25,243 bases of DNA, taken from positions 62,001 to 87,243 of the IMG/VR virus record IMGVR_UViG_2875455138_000005; one strand, 5' to 3'. The notes beneath the pieces are model-generated. The model was given only the letters and a program-made list of their open reading frames with translations. It was not told where the DNA came from and did no database searches. The stretch comes from an uncultured virus (IMG/VR IMGVR_UViG_2875455138_000005) (lineage: Duplodnaviria > Heunggongvirae > Uroviricota > Caudoviricetes). Position numbers and translations under genes: made by a program. Of the stretch, positions 1-7,434 are shown in pieces (position 1 is the first letter of the stretch; every line of letters starts with the position of its first letter).

Positions 1-1
1 C

Positions 2-247
2 TACTGTCAGAAGGTTTTAGATACTGTACCAGTTGAAGAATTGAAAAATGCAATATATGGGGTTCTAAGACCTAATTTCTTTAACAATAGGGCAAGGTTT
101 AAGAAATATGGGATTGATTTTCAAACCAAGAAAGAGTTTATGGAGCCTGATTTTCCTTTAACTCCAGAAATTTTAAGCTTGGCAAAATGGCCAACAACTA
201 CATATTACATATGGGACAATACAAAAATTGAGAGCTCTCAGAAGTGA
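2..247 (+). CDS. C-terminal part of a phage hypothetical protein (5' end outside window)
   Basis: Frame is open from position 2 (YCQKVLDTVPVEELKNAIY...) to TGA at 245-247. Confidence 0.7.
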   Translation, partial: YCQKVLDTVPVEELKNAIYGVLRPNFFNNRARFKKYGIDFQTKKEFMEPDFPLTPEILSLAKWPTTTYYIWDNTKIESSQK

Positions 248-308
248 GACTCTCAATAAAATTTGTCTTTTAAAGAGTAAAAATAAAATATAAGAGGTGG
301 AGTCTGCG

Positions 309-524
309 GTGAACTATCCAGAAAGCTTAAAAGAGAAAGCCGAAAAGATTAAAGACGAAGTAAGAAGCGGAAAATTAGAAGAGGAGAAAATAAAAGCGAT
401 TGCTAAGTCTGCAGTTGAACTTTTAAGATCCGAAGAGAAGAGCCATACACATTATGCAGAAGTTGTCGGTGCAATTGCTGCAAACCTAGAAGATTTCTTT
501 AAGTCTTATCTAAAAGAGGATTAA
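309..524 (+). CDS. Phage hypothetical protein
   Basis: ORF 297..524; GAGGTGG RBS fits GTG start at 309. Confidence 0.75.
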   Translation: MNYPESLKEKAEKIKDEVRSGKLEEEKIKAIAKSAVELLRSEEKSHTHYAEVVGAIAANLEDFFKSYLKED

Positions 525-561
525 TATAACAGGATTAAAAGAAAGGATAAAGGGATGTTTA

Positions 562-789
562 TTGAAAAGGTACTATGTTAGATGTAAAGATCACAAAGAC
601 GAAAATACGTCTTTAATAATTGAGGCGTTATCACCTGAACAGGCAAAAGAACAAGCATATGAAGTACATAAAGTAAGAGATATTTATAATGTGAGTCTGG
701 GAGAAGGAAAGTCAAGGAATTATCTTGAACGAAAATATGCTCCATACATAAAAAATAACAACAGCAAGGCGGTAATTATCTTTTCATAA
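562..789 (+). CDS. Phage hypothetical protein (75 aa)
   Basis: TTG start after AAAGGGA; co-oriented gene array. Confidence 0.75.
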   Translation: MKRYYVRCKDHKDENTSLIIEALSPEQAKEQAYEVHKVRDIYNVSLGEGKSRNYLERKYAPYIKNNNSKAVIIFS

Positions 790-801
790 GGGAGGACGTC
801 C

Positions 802-999
802 GTGCGCATATCTGATCCAATAAAAGAAACACTTGTGCAAAATATAGATCAACTTAGTAGCAGAGTTGATGAGTTGTTCATTTATCTTGAAAATGAGTTG
901 CCGTCAACATCTGAAAGACAATGGAAAACTATAGACAATAAATTCGGTGAGATTTTTACTAAATCTAAGGAATTACAAAATTACATAAGTTGTTTATAA
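802..999 (+). CDS. Phage hypothetical protein (65 aa)
   Basis: AAGGGAGG RBS then GTG. Confidence 0.75.
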   Translation: MRISDPIKETLVQNIDQLSSRVDELFIYLENELPSTSERQWKTIDNKFGEIFTKSKELQNYISCL

Positions 1000-1186
1000 A
1001 GGTGAGCAATATCCCCTTGATATAAGGACATCTGTGTTACTTAATATTCAAAATCATCAGTATTTCTTAACAATTATTTATATGATTGGTAGCATTTATT
1101 AAAGAAAGAAGGTGATTTATGAGATTGTCTGTTTGATAAGTATTGGCGCCAGATGAGAATTATATTTTTACAAAGGGGATATTTTA

Positions 1187-1948
1187 ATGAACAGTTATTT
1201 TTATCGAACGATCTTAGCACTAGTTGCCGTATTTGTGCTGGCCTTTTCAACATTTCCTCCGAACAGTGATGCAAAGAGCACAATCTCAACAGATAATGTC
1301 GACAAGGATAAAGTAAAATCAGAGGCAGAATTTATTGCAGATCACACTATTGATGTGAGTAAAAAGACTAAGGAAAAACTTCTTTCCAAGGCAGAAAAAG
1401 CAATTGAAGATGGAGACATTAAGTATCATAAATCAAACGAAAAGGTATTTGATAATGCATCAGTTAGAGCTATTAAGTATGATGATGGCACAGTAACTTA
1501 TTCGGTTTCTTATTTATACGTGGACACTGAAAAAGTAGACAGAGTTAGCTCATTTAATGTTTCGTTTGATAGCGATATGAATATTGAAGAGTACTATGAA
1601 GTTGACATGAAGAAAATCAGCAGCACTCAAAACGAAATGAATTATTGGGTTAATGGCGTTAAGGATGAGGACAAGTCTGGGGTCTTTGAAACAAAACAAA
1701 CTTCAGAGGACAAAGGAAGTACATCTAACATGATGAGTGCTCAGAAGAGTTGGACTGGATGCGTATCAGATTGCTTAGGTGATAAGAATATTAGCCAATG
1801 GGCAATTACCGGTTTAGCTATTTTATGTGGAGTTTCATGCACAGCTGGTGTTCCAGCAACAGCAGGGACTGCTTGCTATGCTTGTGTAAATTCTGCTGGT
1901 ATTATTGGTGTAAATGCATTCTTTGATTGTATGGAGAAGTGTAAATGA
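1187..1948 (+). CDS. Secreted protein with C-terminal Cys-rich halocin-C8-like bacteriocin domain
   Basis: Sec signal peptide (..SDA|K), acidic pro-region, C-terminal ~65 aa hydrophobic domain with 8 Cys in CxxxC/CxxC pairs (WTGCVSDC..LCGVSC..ACYAC..DCMEKCK). Confidence 0.7.
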   Translation: MNSYFYRTILALVAVFVLAFSTFPPNSDAKSTISTDNVDKDKVKSEAEFIADHTIDVSKKTKEKLLSKAEKAIEDGDIKYHKSNEKVFDNASVRAIKYDDGTVTYSVSYLYVDTEKVDRVSSFNVSFDSDMNIEEYYEVDMKKISSTQNEMNYWVNGVKDEDKSGVFETKQTSEDKGSTSNMMSAQKSWTGCVSDCLGDKNISQWAITGLAILCGVSCTAGVPATAGTACYACVNSAGIIGVNAFFDCMEKCK

Positions 1949-2109
1949 TCAATATCTTAAGTAAAATACTATTTGTTTTGTCTGGTTGCGCTTTGTTGAT
2001 CTTTGGGATAATTTTAAAGAATGGATCAATGGCTTTTGGATTGTTTGCCTTATTCTTCATAGCAGCAATAATTGTTCGTGTATTTCATAAACGAACTCAA
2101 AACCATTAG
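1945..2109 (+). CDS. 54-aa two-helix membrane protein, candidate bacteriocin immunity protein (not in ORF track)
   Basis: ATGA overlap with upstream stop; MINILSKILFVLSGCALLIFGIILKNGSMAFGLFALFFIAAIIVRVFHKRTQNH. Confidence 0.7.
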   Translation: MINILSKILFVLSGCALLIFGIILKNGSMAFGLFALFFIAAIIVRVFHKRTQNH

Positions 2110-2127
2110 CAGCAGCCTTATTGTACT

Positions 2128-2154
2128 GTAGGGGAGGAAACTCTCCTACTTTTT
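2128..2154 (+). terminator. Rho-independent terminator
   Basis: GTAGGGGAG-GAAA-CTCTCCTAC followed by T run. Confidence 0.8.
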
Positions 2155-2186
2155 AAAAAATATTAAGAGTAAAAATAAAATAGTTA

Positions 2187-2215
2187 TTGATTGTTCGGGA
2201 GAAAGCGAGTATATT
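2187..2215 (+). promoter_or_regulatory. SigA-type promoter
   Basis: TTGATT-N17-TATATT preceded by A-tract element GAGTAAAAATAAAATA (2167-2182). Confidence 0.6.
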
Positions 2216-2241
2216 AGAAATATAGGAAGCGAGGTGATGCA

Positions 2242-2427
2242 TTGGAGTGTGTTAAATGCAGGGATCACATTGGCGACATCGTTTATTACATAAGAATAAC
2301 TGACAACAAAGAATGCAAGGAATTCCCGGTACATAAAGAATGCGGAGAAGCAATCAAGAAAGAATGCATTGAGAATTGCAAAGACATGAAATTAGAAAAG
2401 ACATTGGATTACTTGCAGTTATTTTAA
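2242..2427 (+). CDS. Small Cys-containing phage protein (CxxC...HxxC, possible zinc binder)
   Basis: GAGGTGA RBS, TTG start. Confidence 0.75.
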   Translation: MECVKCRDHIGDIVYYIRITDNKECKEFPVHKECGEAIKKECIENCKDMKLEKTLDYLQLF

Positions 2428-2473
2428 GAGTAAAAATAAAATATTCCTTTTATTGAGAATGGAGAGATGCTAA

Positions 2474-2704
2474 ATGGATAAATTGAAAGTTTGTTTACAT
2501 AAAAAAGGTGCTCATACGTTAGAAAGAACTGTTAATGGGGACTGGATATTAGATTCAAAACCAATTACTCAGGATCAAGCAATTAAAGAACTAGTTGAAG
2601 CGGTTAGTGATTTAGGATATTGGTGCCAAGTAGCAAAAGATGTTTTAGATAAAGAAGATTTTAATGCAGTTCAAGAAGCGTATGAATACAAAGAGGAGGT
2701 ATAA
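2474..2704 (+). CDS. Phage hypothetical protein
   Basis: GGAGAG RBS, ATG. Confidence 0.75.
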   Translation: MDKLKVCLHKKGAHTLERTVNGDWILDSKPITQDQAIKELVEAVSDLGYWCQVAKDVLDKEDFNAVQEAYEYKEEV

Positions 2705-2899
2705 ATGGCGAAATCAAGATTAAACGGTTATTGGGATAACAAGTTGGATGCCAACGAAACAGTTTATGTTGAGAGGGTTTATAAGAAAGGATATGTAACT
2801 GGATTTAAGTATTTACAAGTTGGTGAGAAAGAAGTTACTTCACCATTTAGGGCTACATATGAAGAGTTAGAGGGGAATTATAATCAACGGAAATACTAA
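2705..2899 (+). CDS. Phage hypothetical protein
   Basis: AGGAGGT RBS, abuts upstream stop. Confidence 0.75.
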   Translation: MAKSRLNGYWDNKLDANETVYVERVYKKGYVTGFKYLQVGEKEVTSPFRATYEELEGNYNQRKY

Positions 2900-2960
2900 T
2901 AATTTCCCGGGCAAGCGCAGTATACGACAAATCAAAACAAATAATGAGGTGAGATCAATT

Positions 2961-3167
2961 ATGAACAAAGAACAATGGGTAGTTGAGGTCTATGCAGGAA
3001 ACCAATACGTTGGAAAAATGACTTTGCCGAATTCAAAAGAAGTGGAGACTTTTGATCACAGGGAACAAGCAATTACTGAGGCACAGAAACTGAAGGCAAA
3101 AGGCACCATAGGAATCTGGTGTAAAGTAGTACCACATAAGGAGGAACGTAATGCATCTAGCTATTAA
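2961..3167 (+). CDS. Phage hypothetical protein
   Basis: GAGGTGA RBS fits ATG at 2961. Confidence 0.75.
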   Translation: MNKEQWVVEVYAGNQYVGKMTLPNSKEVETFDHREQAITEAQKLKAKGTIGIWCKVVPHKEERNASSY

Positions 3168-3228
3168 ACTTGGGAATTTTAAGTAATGTCTAAATAAAAT
3201 TCAATTTTTATCGAGAGGAGCAACTGAA

Positions 3229-3354
3229 ATGCAGGATAAATTAATGTCAGCAGTTCACTTTATTGAGGTCAATCGGGATGAAATGGGTGACAAGAAATCA
3301 CTAAACATGCTTTTAAAAGCCGTAAAGAAAATCATCAATGAGGGAGAAAAATGA
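3229..3354 (+). CDS. 41-aa phage protein (not in ORF track)
   Basis: GAGGAG RBS; MQDKLMSAVHFIEVNRDEMGDKKSLNMLLKAVKKIINEGEK; ATGA overlap with next gene. Confidence 0.7.
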   Translation: MQDKLMSAVHFIEVNRDEMGDKKSLNMLLKAVKKIINEGEK

Positions 3355-3671
3355 GGTTTCACATACTTGAAGAGAAACAAATGAGAGGCATCGGTTTTAC
3401 AGATCACGTGAAATCAAAGTGGTACTTCATAAAATCAATTCACCCTAATATTACTTTTAATTTAACAATACATAAAAACAGTCTAAACGGTGAAATTGAT
3501 GTTCTAAATGAAAGAAGTTTGCAACCATATGATTATCAGTACTACATGAATGCTTATACAAGAGAAAAACTTGAATTTCCACATATCATACATGATAAAG
3601 TCCAAGAAATTATGTCTTACTTAATTGAAGAGGGAATTATCTCAGATTACACATTAGGAAGTTACATATAA
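3351..3671 (+). CDS. Phage hypothetical protein (106 aa)
   Basis: GAGGGAG RBS, ATG. Confidence 0.8.
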   Translation: MRFHILEEKQMRGIGFTDHVKSKWYFIKSIHPNITFNLTIHKNSLNGEIDVLNERSLQPYDYQYYMNAYTREKLEFPHIIHDKVQEIMSYLIEEGIISDYTLGSYI

Positions 3672-3683
3672 GGAGGTGGATAA

Positions 3684-4091
3684 GTGGGACGGCATAAAGC
3701 AACATTTGAAGGGAAGGTAATTAAGAAAAGTTGGGGGCTGGATATTCTTTGCGGTATTACTGAAAAGGAAAAAACTGAGTTCAAAGCCTTCTTCGAAGGA
3801 ATTATTGATTTAGACCCAATTGAAGTCGGAGGGAAAGTGTATATCCCAGGGTTTAACGAATACGTAGTCGTAACAGACAGGCAGCGCAACATAAAAAATG
3901 AATGGACATATCAGACTGATAAGATCATTAAGACAATTGAAGACAAAGAAAGTCTTGAAAGAGCAATTAAAGAGCAAGCGGAATTTGAAGAGGAATGGCA
4001 GAAACATGTCAGACAAGAGAATCATCAAGTTGAAGAACAAAATGAAGTGAGTAAAACATCCTGGTGGAAGAGGTTAATTAAAAAAGACTAA
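3684..4091 (+). CDS. Phage hypothetical protein (135 aa)
   Basis: AAGGAGGTG RBS, GTG start. Confidence 0.8.
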   Translation: MGRHKATFEGKVIKKSWGLDILCGITEKEKTEFKAFFEGIIDLDPIEVGGKVYIPGFNEYVVVTDRQRNIKNEWTYQTDKIIKTIEDKESLERAIKEQAEFEEEWQKHVRQENHQVEEQNEVSKTSWWKRLIKKD

Positions 4092-4103
4092 AGGAGAGAT
4101 TTT

Positions 4104-4451
4104 TTGAATAAGGATACAAAAGATATTTGGAACGGTTTCTTTATCGGATCAGGTTCTCTGATTGTAGTTGGGTTACTTATTTTTGTTGAAGCATTGACTA
4201 TGTCACTAGTTGTCTATTATGGATTGAATCATGTGTTAAATCCATTGCTTATTGATACATACAATATTCAAAATGTTCATGTCACTTTACCTCATGCATT
4301 TGTTATTGGTGTTTTACTCAACGTATTTGTCAAAGGTGTAAAACAGTCAGATCAAGAAAGAAACGAGAATATCTTCAAGAAAGCAGGTAAGTCTTTACTG
4401 TATTCAGCTTTTGCGTTGATTGTTCTGTATGTGAGCACACTATTTATTTAA
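4104..4451 (+). CDS. Phage membrane protein (115 aa, about 3 TM segments)
   Basis: AAGGAG RBS, TTG start, hydrophobic segments. Confidence 0.8.
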   Translation: MNKDTKDIWNGFFIGSGSLIVVGLLIFVEALTMSLVVYYGLNHVLNPLLIDTYNIQNVHVTLPHAFVIGVLLNVFVKGVKQSDQERNENIFKKAGKSLLYSAFALIVLYVSTLFI

Positions 4452-4538
4452 CAAGAAGAAATTCGGAATATTCAAAGCGAAAGAATTCTTTTCTTCAATC
4501 ACATTTAAAATGAAATTAAATACATGGAAGGTGATGTT

Positions 4539-4844
4539 ATGGAATTAACAAAGAAGATTACAACAACTAGAGGCACGTATGAAATTAAATTAGTTGCTGA
4601 AGAAGGAAAGGGGCTAGGATGGGACATTCTAGAATGGGAGGTTAAGGATCTTGTTACAAAATGCACACTGGCTGCAGGCAATGGAATGCCTTTATCACAT
4701 GTTCCTTATCCCTTAAAACGATTGACGTTGGTTGATAAAGTTAAGCGAATTGTTAGTCATGTCGAATCAGATGAAACAACAAAAAAGAGAAAAGCAAATG
4801 ACATTAAGGAATTCAATGAATGGAGCGGAGTTCTGAACGCGTAA
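4539..4844 (+). CDS. Phage hypothetical protein
   Basis: GGAAGGTGA RBS fits ATG at 4539. Confidence 0.75.
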   Translation: MELTKKITTTRGTYEIKLVAEEGKGLGWDILEWEVKDLVTKCTLAAGNGMPLSHVPYPLKRLTLVDKVKRIVSHVESDETTKKRKANDIKEFNEWSGVLNA

Positions 4845-4893
4845 TCGGTTAAAAGTTTTATTTTAAACCGATTTTGCAAAAGGAGAGTCAGAT

Positions 4894-5256
4894 ATGATCT
4901 TAAAAGAAATTGCTTTATATGAAGAAACACTAAATAAACATTTGCCAAATGAAACAAAAATGGTTCTTCATTACAGAAATGTAGAGGCAACTGAAAACGA
5001 AGATAAAATCACATTAAGGTTTGCTATTGATTCATTGGTGTATAAATGGCTTGAACTAGGCGGGGTATTAAAGGGTTCTTATAAAATGAAAATGACAAGC
5101 TTAGAGGATGAAACAAAGGAGGTTAACGTGAAAATCGAAAAAATCCAAACGAACTCAGACAGAGGTTTGGCGGTGGAAATAGAATTTAATGTACTCAGTC
5201 CATTTCGGAGCATTGAGGGCGTAGCTGGCATTCATTCGTTCTCCATAAAAGGATGA
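4894..5256 (+). CDS. Phage hypothetical protein (120 aa)
   Basis: AAAGGAG RBS, ATG. Confidence 0.8.
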   Translation: MILKEIALYEETLNKHLPNETKMVLHYRNVEATENEDKITLRFAIDSLVYKWLELGGVLKGSYKMKMTSLEDETKEVNVKIEKIQTNSDRGLAVEIEFNVLSPFRSIEGVAGIHSFSIKG

Positions 5257-5276
5257 TTTTAAGGAGTTGATTAGAC

Positions 5277-5573
5277 ATTAGTATAAGTCAAAGGCAGTCT
5301 CAACGTATTCGAGAAGCTCTGATAAATTCAAACACAACTGCTGAGGAAATTGGAATGGATAAGGCATTATCAGAAGTTCTCAATCTACTCAAGAGAAGAA
5401 TTTTGGAGCTGGAAACTTTGTATTATCCAGAGTGGGAATATGAAAATGCAAAAGTGAAGCTTGAAGAGCTTAGAAAAATGGTGAATAGAATTAATGCACT
5501 TCGAGGAACCGGGAAGGATGAACAAAATGAATTTGAAAATGCAGGAAGCGGTTTTACATCTCAACAAATATGA
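5277..5573 (+). CDS. Phage hypothetical protein, probable ATT start (track start 5355)
   Basis: Frame is open upstream of ATG 5355 to 5271; AAGGAG at 5261-5266 lies 10 nt before in-frame ATT. Confidence 0.6.
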   Translation: MSISQRQSQRIREALINSNTTAEEIGMDKALSEVLNLLKRRILELETLYYPEWEYENAKVKLEELRKMVNRINALRGTGKDEQNEFENAGSGFTSQQI

Positions 5574-5835
5574 CAGCAGTTCAAAAAGTGCTCAAGATGC
5601 ACAGAAGTTGTTGAATGCTTTAAAGGATACATACGATGTAGTCGGTTGCCGGTTTAGACATTATAAAGGCGGTCTTTATAAGGTTATTGGAGAGGTCATT
5701 CACACTGAAACAGAAGAAAAGCTGGTTACATATGAAGACCAATATGGTGTTCTTTGGGCAAGACCTAAAGAAATGTTCTTTGGAAAAGTGGTTGTTGAGG
5801 GTAAAGAGATTAAGAGATTCACAAAAATAAACTAA
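5527..5835 (+). CDS. DUF1653-family protein
   Basis: FRHYKGGLYKVIGEVIHTETEEKLVTYED..LWARPKEMF motif; start uncertain (5494/5518/5527). Confidence 0.8.
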   Translation: MNLKMQEAVLHLNKYDSSSKSAQDAQKLLNALKDTYDVVGCRFRHYKGGLYKVIGEVIHTETEEKLVTYEDQYGVLWARPKEMFFGKVVVEGKEIKRFTKIN

Positions 5836-5848
5836 AAGGATGATGAAA

Positions 5849-5983
5849 ATGAATAAAAAATACGGACTTTATTGCATGGGAACACTTGTTAATACTTATG
5901 ATGATGCTATCGAGGCTCATAATGATGCTGTATATGCTCAAGAAGAAAGCGGAGTACTGCATGAAGTAAGAGAAATTCAATAA
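5849..5983 (+). CDS. 44-aa phage protein (not in ORF track)
   Basis: AAAGGA RBS; MNKKYGLYCMGTLVNTYDDAIEAHNDAVYAQEESGVLHEVREIQ. Confidence 0.7.
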   Translation: MNKKYGLYCMGTLVNTYDDAIEAHNDAVYAQEESGVLHEVREIQ

Positions 5984-6003
5984 AAATAAGAGGAGGATAT
6001 TAT

Positions 6004-6198
6004 ATGATTCAAGGGTTTTATAAAGATCAGAAACTTCACCTTCTAGAAGATCCTATGCAGCAGTACACCGTCATGAAAGTTGAAGAAAATGCAGTATGTG
6101 TTTACCGGTGGATCAATGATTATAGACACAAGATTGAAAGATTCACAGATGTTGAAGAGGCTAAAAAACTCCTTGGAGAAGGGTGGCCGAAACAATAA
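6004..6198 (+). CDS. Phage hypothetical protein (64 aa)
   Basis: AGGAGGA RBS, ATG. Confidence 0.8.
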   Translation: MIQGFYKDQKLHLLEDPMQQYTVMKVEENAVCVYRWINDYRHKIERFTDVEEAKKLLGEGWPKQ

Positions 6199-6235
6199 CA
6201 AAGGAAGACACAATGAAATTTATACAGAAACAATT

Positions 6236-6474
6236 GGAGGACGAATAGATGTCGCAAAGTAACTATAGGCCATCAGTTCCTAGATGGGTTGGCTATATAC
6301 TAGAGCTAGACAAGAAAAGAAGACAAAATCAGTACAGAGGCTCACTAACGTCAGGTCAAGAGAAGAAGGACTGGGACGATTGGAAGCGTAGATATTCAAG
6401 AAAATTAAAGTACGCAAGATTAAACGGATGGACGATCGAAGAGGAGTGACAATTCCTAAGGAGGACGAATAGAT
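6236..6474 (+). repeat. 15-bp direct repeat GGAGGACGAATAGAT flanking the 66-aa gene
   Basis: Identical copies at 6236-6250 and 6460-6474. Confidence 0.8.
6249..6449 (+). CDS. Basic phage hypothetical protein (66 aa)
   Basis: GGAGG RBS, ATG. Confidence 0.8.
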   Translation: MSQSNYRPSVPRWVGYILELDKKRRQNQYRGSLTSGQEKKDWDDWKRRYSRKLKYARLNGWTIEEE

Positions 6475-6523
6475 ACGGCTTGAATCTAGATAAAATCACA
6501 GTTTCATAGGAAGGGGAAGTAAA

Positions 6524-6673
6524 ATGAGTGCAGCAAGAAAGTGGAGAGATCTAAGAAGCAAATTAATTGGTTATAAGGCATTCGGTAAATTTAGCGATGT
6601 TGTTATTGACCATATTCTCAATGATATGTATGAGTTGGACTTAAGACACGAAAAAGATAAAATCAAAAAATAG
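6524..6673 (+). CDS. 49-aa phage protein (not in ORF track)
   Basis: AAGGGGA RBS; MSAARKWRDLRSKLIGYKAFGKFSDVVIDHILNDMYELDLRHEKDKIKK. Confidence 0.65.
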   Translation: MSAARKWRDLRSKLIGYKAFGKFSDVVIDHILNDMYELDLRHEKDKIKK

Positions 6674-6691
6674 AGAAAAGGGAGTTGTGGA

Positions 6692-7042
6692 ATGGGAGCT
6701 GCTAAACAGTTATACGTTAAGCGCAGTCACTTTGTAACCTTGGATGAAGCAAAAGAAAATACGCAAGTACATATGAAGAATGGTGGTTCTTACACTGCTT
6801 TAAAAGGAGAGCTGATTGCGACCAATTTAGAAGGGGATCAAATGGTTATCACGCAAGAGCAGAAGGATAACTACATTCCAGTACCGATGACAGAGCTATC
6901 AGACTATGAAGCTCAAATGGCCAAAGGCTATGCTGAGATGGCTGAGATCAACTTAGAAATGGTTGAAGCTTTCCATCATGCTGAAAATGAAGCAGAAACA
7001 ACTACGAATAGCTTAGTTAACGGGGAATATAAAGAATATTGA
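6692..7042 (+). CDS. yosL: YosL-like MazE (NdoAI) antitoxin mimic
   Basis: C-terminus MAKGYAEMAEINLEMVEAFHHAENEAETTTNSLVNG resembles the B. subtilis NdoAI C-terminus (recalled as MRRGYMEMAKINLNISSEAHFAECEAETTVERLVSG); directly upstream of nrdI as in SPbeta. Confidence 0.85.
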   Translation: MGAAKQLYVKRSHFVTLDEAKENTQVHMKNGGSYTALKGELIATNLEGDQMVITQEQKDNYIPVPMTELSDYEAQMAKGYAEMAEINLEMVEAFHHAENEAETTTNSLVNGEYKEY

Positions 7043-7434
7043 TTATTACATATGAAAGCAAGACAGGTAACGTTAAAAGGTTTGCTCAAGCATTACAAAG
7101 GGAGTTAAACTTTGACATCATTGAAATTACAGATGACTTAATTGTTGAAGAAGAATTCATACATATTACATATACGATAGGCTTTGGGGAAGTACCTGAA
7201 AGGACTTTGCATTTTATTATTAAGAATAAAAATAAAATAAAAGGAGTTGTTGTGAGTGGTAACAAGGTTTGGGGTGATAACTATGGTTTAGCTGGGGACA
7301 AGCTTTCAGCAATGTTCCACGTACCATTGTTATTAAAGTTTGAACTAAGTGGAACAAAACAAGACTTGCAGAAGATTAATCGGGAGGTACAGCTTATTGA
7401 CAAACACAATTCCAAAGTGGATCAAGCTCAATAA
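7039..7434 (+). CDS. nrdI: Class Ib RNR flavodoxin NrdI
   Basis: YESKTGNVKRF, TYTIGFGEVP, SGNKVWGDNYG, KFELSGT motifs. Confidence 0.95.
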   Translation: MIITYESKTGNVKRFAQALQRELNFDIIEITDDLIVEEEFIHITYTIGFGEVPERTLHFIIKNKNKIKGVVVSGNKVWGDNYGLAGDKLSAMFHVPLLLKFELSGTKQDLQKINREVQLIDKHNSKVDQAQ

